Assembly: GCA_022560555.1 (NCBI GenBank) | Contig: JADFSZ010000035.1 | Coordinates: 1-11,835, forward strand | DNA length: 11,835 nucleotides | Direction: 5' to 3' | DNA from: PVC group bacterium | GTDB lineage: Bacteria; GCA-001730085; JADFSZ01 | Part shown: in pieces, positions 9,702 to 11,835 of the stretch | Position numbering within the stretch: the stretch's first letter is position 1 | Layout: every line of letters begins with the position of its first letter | Notes under the pieces: generated by a model | Database searches by the model: none | What the model was told of the DNA's origin: nothing | What the model saw: the letters and a program-made list of their open reading frames with translations, nothing else | Position numbers and translations under genes: made by a program

Positions 9702-10481
9702 ATGAAGAATGTGACCCCTCCCAATCCCTATGAAACAAAAGACCTGCTTGATCAGTATCTTCTTTTTCATTATGGAGAGAAGAAAGATATTTTTCCCTAT
9801 TCATTTTGTCCTGAAGAGGTTTTCAATTTTCATGCGCGATGTGTGAGCGAGCTCATGGAAGGATGCGCGAAAAAAAGTTCATCTCGAGCCCTGGATATCG
9901 GATGTGCCGTGGGGCGATGTAGTTTTGAATTAGCCCGGTATGTCCCGTATGTTTTAGGCCTGGACATGTCATCTCGGTTTATTGATCAGGCGAAAGTGAT
10001 CAAAGAAAAGGGGGCCTGCCGGGTTTCTTGTAAAGTGGAGGGCGATATCTGTGAAGAAATTGAAATCGTGATTCCTGATGACATTGATCGCGGGCGTGTC
10101 GAATTTCAGGTGGGGGATGCCTGCTGTCTCTCGCCTGGACTCGGAATATTTGATCGGATTCTTCTCGTCAATCTCATTGACCGCGTCAAAGATCCTTTGT
10201 CTTGCTTGAGTCAGCTGAAAAATTTCGTTAACCCAAAAGCCCGTGTGCTCGTGGTTTCTCCCTACACATGGTCAGAAGAATTTACGCCGAAATCTTCCTG
10301 GTTAGGAGGCTTCGTTCAAAACGAAAAACCTTTTTGGACAAGCGCGGCGATAGAACACATCCTGGGGCCGAATTTTATTCGAATAAAAACGCTGAATATT
10401 CCGTTTCTTATTCGAGAGCATGCTCGAAAATTTCAGCTGGGGATAAGTGAAGCGGCTCTGTGGGAGTTTAAGGGCAATTAG
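9702..10481 (+). CDS. Class I SAM-dependent methyltransferase resembling the OvoA C-terminal / stand-alone 'putative 4-mercaptohistidine N1-methyltransferase' family
   Basis: SAM motif I is LDIGCAVGR (9891-9917), followed by LGLDMS, VGDAC and ILLVNLIDRVKDP. The N-terminal YETKDLLDQYLLFHYG and C-terminal SPYTWSEEFTP..WLGG...FLIREHARKFQ match my recollection of OvoA-C-type sequences. That subfamily call is from memory and has not been searched. Confidence 0.75.
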   Translation: MKNVTPPNPYETKDLLDQYLLFHYGEKKDIFPYSFCPEEVFNFHARCVSELMEGCAKKSSSRALDIGCAVGRCSFELARYVPYVLGLDMSSRFIDQAKVIKEKGACRVSCKVEGDICEEIEIVIPDDIDRGRVEFQVGDACCLSPGLGIFDRILLVNLIDRVKDPLSCLSQLKNFVNPKARVLVVSPYTWSEEFTPKSSWLGGFVQNEKPFWTSAAIEHILGPNFIRIKTLNIPFLIREHARKFQLGISEAALWEFKGN

Positions 10482-11119
10482 TCTTGCGCTAGATTCGTAA
10501 AATGATCGGAGCCCGGGTGATTTTTCCAATCCTGAAGTGTGAGGCCGTTTTTATCTTTATCGGTGATGAGGGGCTTGTTTTTTAGGATGCGATCAAATTG
10601 TTCTTTGTGTTCTTTCGTCACATAGCCCCAATCAAGACACTCATCCAAGGGAGAAATAGAGGCTTCGCCGTCAGGATTGTAATGTCCCGTGCAAAAATAT
10701 TCAATTGTGGTGTTTTCGAGAAAGAAATTTCCATGAGCGAATCCCGGAGGAATCCAAATCCACTCTGAATATTCACGTCCGGGATCACACGGCATATCAT
10801 AGGTTAAAATCTGTCCGAAGGTAGGAGAGTCTTTGCGGATGTCCAAAACAACATCGATCATGTGCCCCTGAATCGTTCGGACAAGTTTAGCCATACAAGG
10901 ATTCCATTGAACATGAAGCCCACGGATAGTGTTTGTCAATGAATAGCTCTCATTGGATTGTGTAAAGGTGATATCTTTTAGGAAAGACAGATCAGAATGA
11001 TTTTGAAAATCGTCGTTACGAAAAATTTCCGAAAAATATCCGCGCTGATCCAAAAAACGGCCAAATCGGATTACTTTAATGCTCGGGATTTTAAGTGTTG
11101 ATACATCGAGGATTTTCAT
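10478..11119 (-). CDS. rmlC: dTDP-4-dehydrorhamnose 3,5-epimerase-family cupin (RmlC-like, 213 aa)
   Basis: Motifs are FLDQRGYFSEIF, QSNESYS..IRGLHVQ (catalytic His), AKLVRTIQGHMIDVVLDIRKDSPTFG (Lys), WIPPGFAHGNF and YFCTGHYNPDGE (Tyr). It is longer than a typical ~180 aa RmlC, so the substrate may differ. Confidence 0.78.
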   Translation of the reverse strand: MKILDVSTLKIPSIKVIRFGRFLDQRGYFSEIFRNDDFQNHSDLSFLKDITFTQSNESYSLTNTIRGLHVQWNPCMAKLVRTIQGHMIDVVLDIRKDSPTFGQILTYDMPCDPGREYSEWIWIPPGFAHGNFFLENTTIEYFCTGHYNPDGEASISPLDECLDWGYVTKEHKEQFDRILKNKPLITDKDKNGLTLQDWKNHPGSDHFTNLAQD

Positions 11120-11128
11120 AGGCTTAAC

Positions 11129-11157
11129 AGTTTACCTATGTTTGATCTGTTTTTCAA
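11129..11157 (-). promoter_or_regulatory. Candidate sigma70-type promoter for the RmlC-like gene: TTGAAA-17 nt-TAAACT (read on the - strand)
   Basis: The - strand reads TTGAAA (+ coordinates 11157-11152), a 17-nt spacer, then TAAACT (11134-11129). Nine nt later is the ATG at 11119-11117. No obvious SD precedes this ATG, which fits a leaderless or very short leader mRNA. Confidence 0.3.
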
Positions 11158-11175
11158 GCTCCACAAATAGGCGAG

Positions 11176-11204
11176 TTGAATATTTCTGATTTTATGGGTA
11201 TGAT
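11176..11204 (+). promoter_or_regulatory. Candidate sigma70-type promoter for the 11214 gene: TTGAAT-17 nt-TATGAT
   Basis: TTGAAT (11176-11181), a 17-nt spacer, then TATGAT (11199-11204). The -10 box ends only 9 nt before ATG 11214, so the SD-like GAGGGAGAG would be at or before the transcription start. That conflict keeps confidence low. Confidence 0.3.
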
Positions 11205-11213
11205 GAGGGAGAG

Positions 11214-11696
11214 ATGAGAAAAATATTGAAAAAACGCTATTGGATTTTTTGCGTGGTTCTAATCGTGTTTATTCACGCCGGTTTATGTGATGCCGAAAGT
11301 TTTTCGGATACCCTAAAAAAGCCCATCAGTGTTCAAAAAATCATTGGTTCCGACCGATCGTATGTTTTTGCCGGGTGGGTGGGAAGTATGCTTGTCTTTA
11401 ATCATAAGAACGTGATCGTTATTTGTGAATTTGCGAGTATCGGAACACGGGTCAAAACACGAGCCGCCTATTTTGAAATCACGCGGAAAACCGAGCTCAA
11501 AGATTACATCGATTTTGATCTCATCGATGGAAGCGGATTTGACTGGAGGGGAAAAATTTCGCGTCCGAACGAGAGCGCTCCTCTCGAAGTCGAATTGTTC
11601 CGTAAAGACTCTCCTCATCGGTGGGTCAATTTTGGTAAAGAAGGCAAAAAATTTCTTAAAGAGAACAATATTTCTCATCTTTACTTGGGCCTTTAG
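11214..11696 (+). CDS. Small secreted protein of unknown function (160 aa)
   Basis: The N-terminal signal peptide is MRKILKKRYWIFCVVLIVFIHAGLCDA/ES. GAGGGAGAG lies directly upstream of ATG 11214. I recognise no family. The antisense ORF 11313..11678 is taken to be a shadow. Confidence 0.65.
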   Translation: MRKILKKRYWIFCVVLIVFIHAGLCDAESFSDTLKKPISVQKIIGSDRSYVFAGWVGSMLVFNHKNVIVICEFASIGTRVKTRAAYFEITRKTELKDYIDFDLIDGSGFDWRGKISRPNESAPLEVELFRKDSPHRWVNFGKEGKKFLKENNISHLYLGL

Positions 11697-11698
11697 CC

Positions 11699-11835
11699 GT
11701 GAGGGTCCTTAGCTTAGCTCTCATTTGTCTTTGTTTTAGTGCTTCTTCCTTCGCGCAAGATTCCTTTGCCGAAATCAGAAAAAATCCCCCTGATGATGCC
11801 ACGCTCCGTGAACAAATACGGTTTGTTCAAAGGGT
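11699..11835 (+). CDS. 5' end of a second signal-peptide protein (runs off the window; putative GTG start)
   Basis: The frame is open from GTG 11699 to the window end. It reads (M)RVLSLALICLCFSASSFA/QDSFAEIRKNPPDDATLREQIRFVQR, with a typical hydrophobic core and an AxA-like cleavage site. It is not in the ORF track because it is short and partial. Confidence 0.45.
   Translation, partial: MRVLSLALICLCFSASSFAQDSFAEIRKNPPDDATLREQIRFVQR

Noticed and set aside
11214-11300. Lipoprotein lipobox in the 11214 protein (..HAGLC) and in the DUF1573 protein (..ILMCC)
   Set aside because: The residues at -1 (Leu, Met) do not fit the L-[AS]-[GA]-C lipobox. Signal peptidase I sites (CDA/ES and AQA/F) fit better.
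1-11835. CRISPR arrays, IS or transposon ends, integrase genes, tRNA or rRNA genes, and long direct or inverted repeats
   Set aside because: I saw none on reading through. Coding sequence fills almost the whole window, and the only intergenic region of 50 nt or more (11120..11213) holds just promoter-like elements.

Overview
The window is mostly a very compact run of housekeeping genes on the + strand (1..10481), with gaps of 0-33 nt or short overlaps. In order: the 3' end of ileS, a DksA/TraR zinc-finger protein, lspA, lgt, rluD, fumC, a secreted DUF1573 + c-type cytochrome fusion, metH (read as two overlapping ORFs because of a one-base frame disruption near 5764), an M29-aminopeptidase-like protein, and a class I SAM methyltransferase that resembles the OvoA C-terminal domain. 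A convergent RmlC-like cupin epimerase on the - strand (10478..11119) shares its stop codon bases with the methyltransferase. After the only real intergenic region (11120..11213) come one small signal-peptide protein of unknown function and the start of a second. I found no tRNA, rRNA, CRISPR array, IS element or long repeat. DUF1573, dksA placed next to lspA, tight packing and mid-40s %GC (by eye) hint at a streamlined, possibly PVC-like uncultured bacterium, but that is only a guess. I see no compelling evidence for a new multi-gene system. The best leads are the tightly coupled M29-like/OvoA-C-like methyltransferase pair just after metH, the DUF1573-cytochrome c fusion, and the metH frame disruption. 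All family assignments come from motif recognition by eye and from memory, not from database searches.
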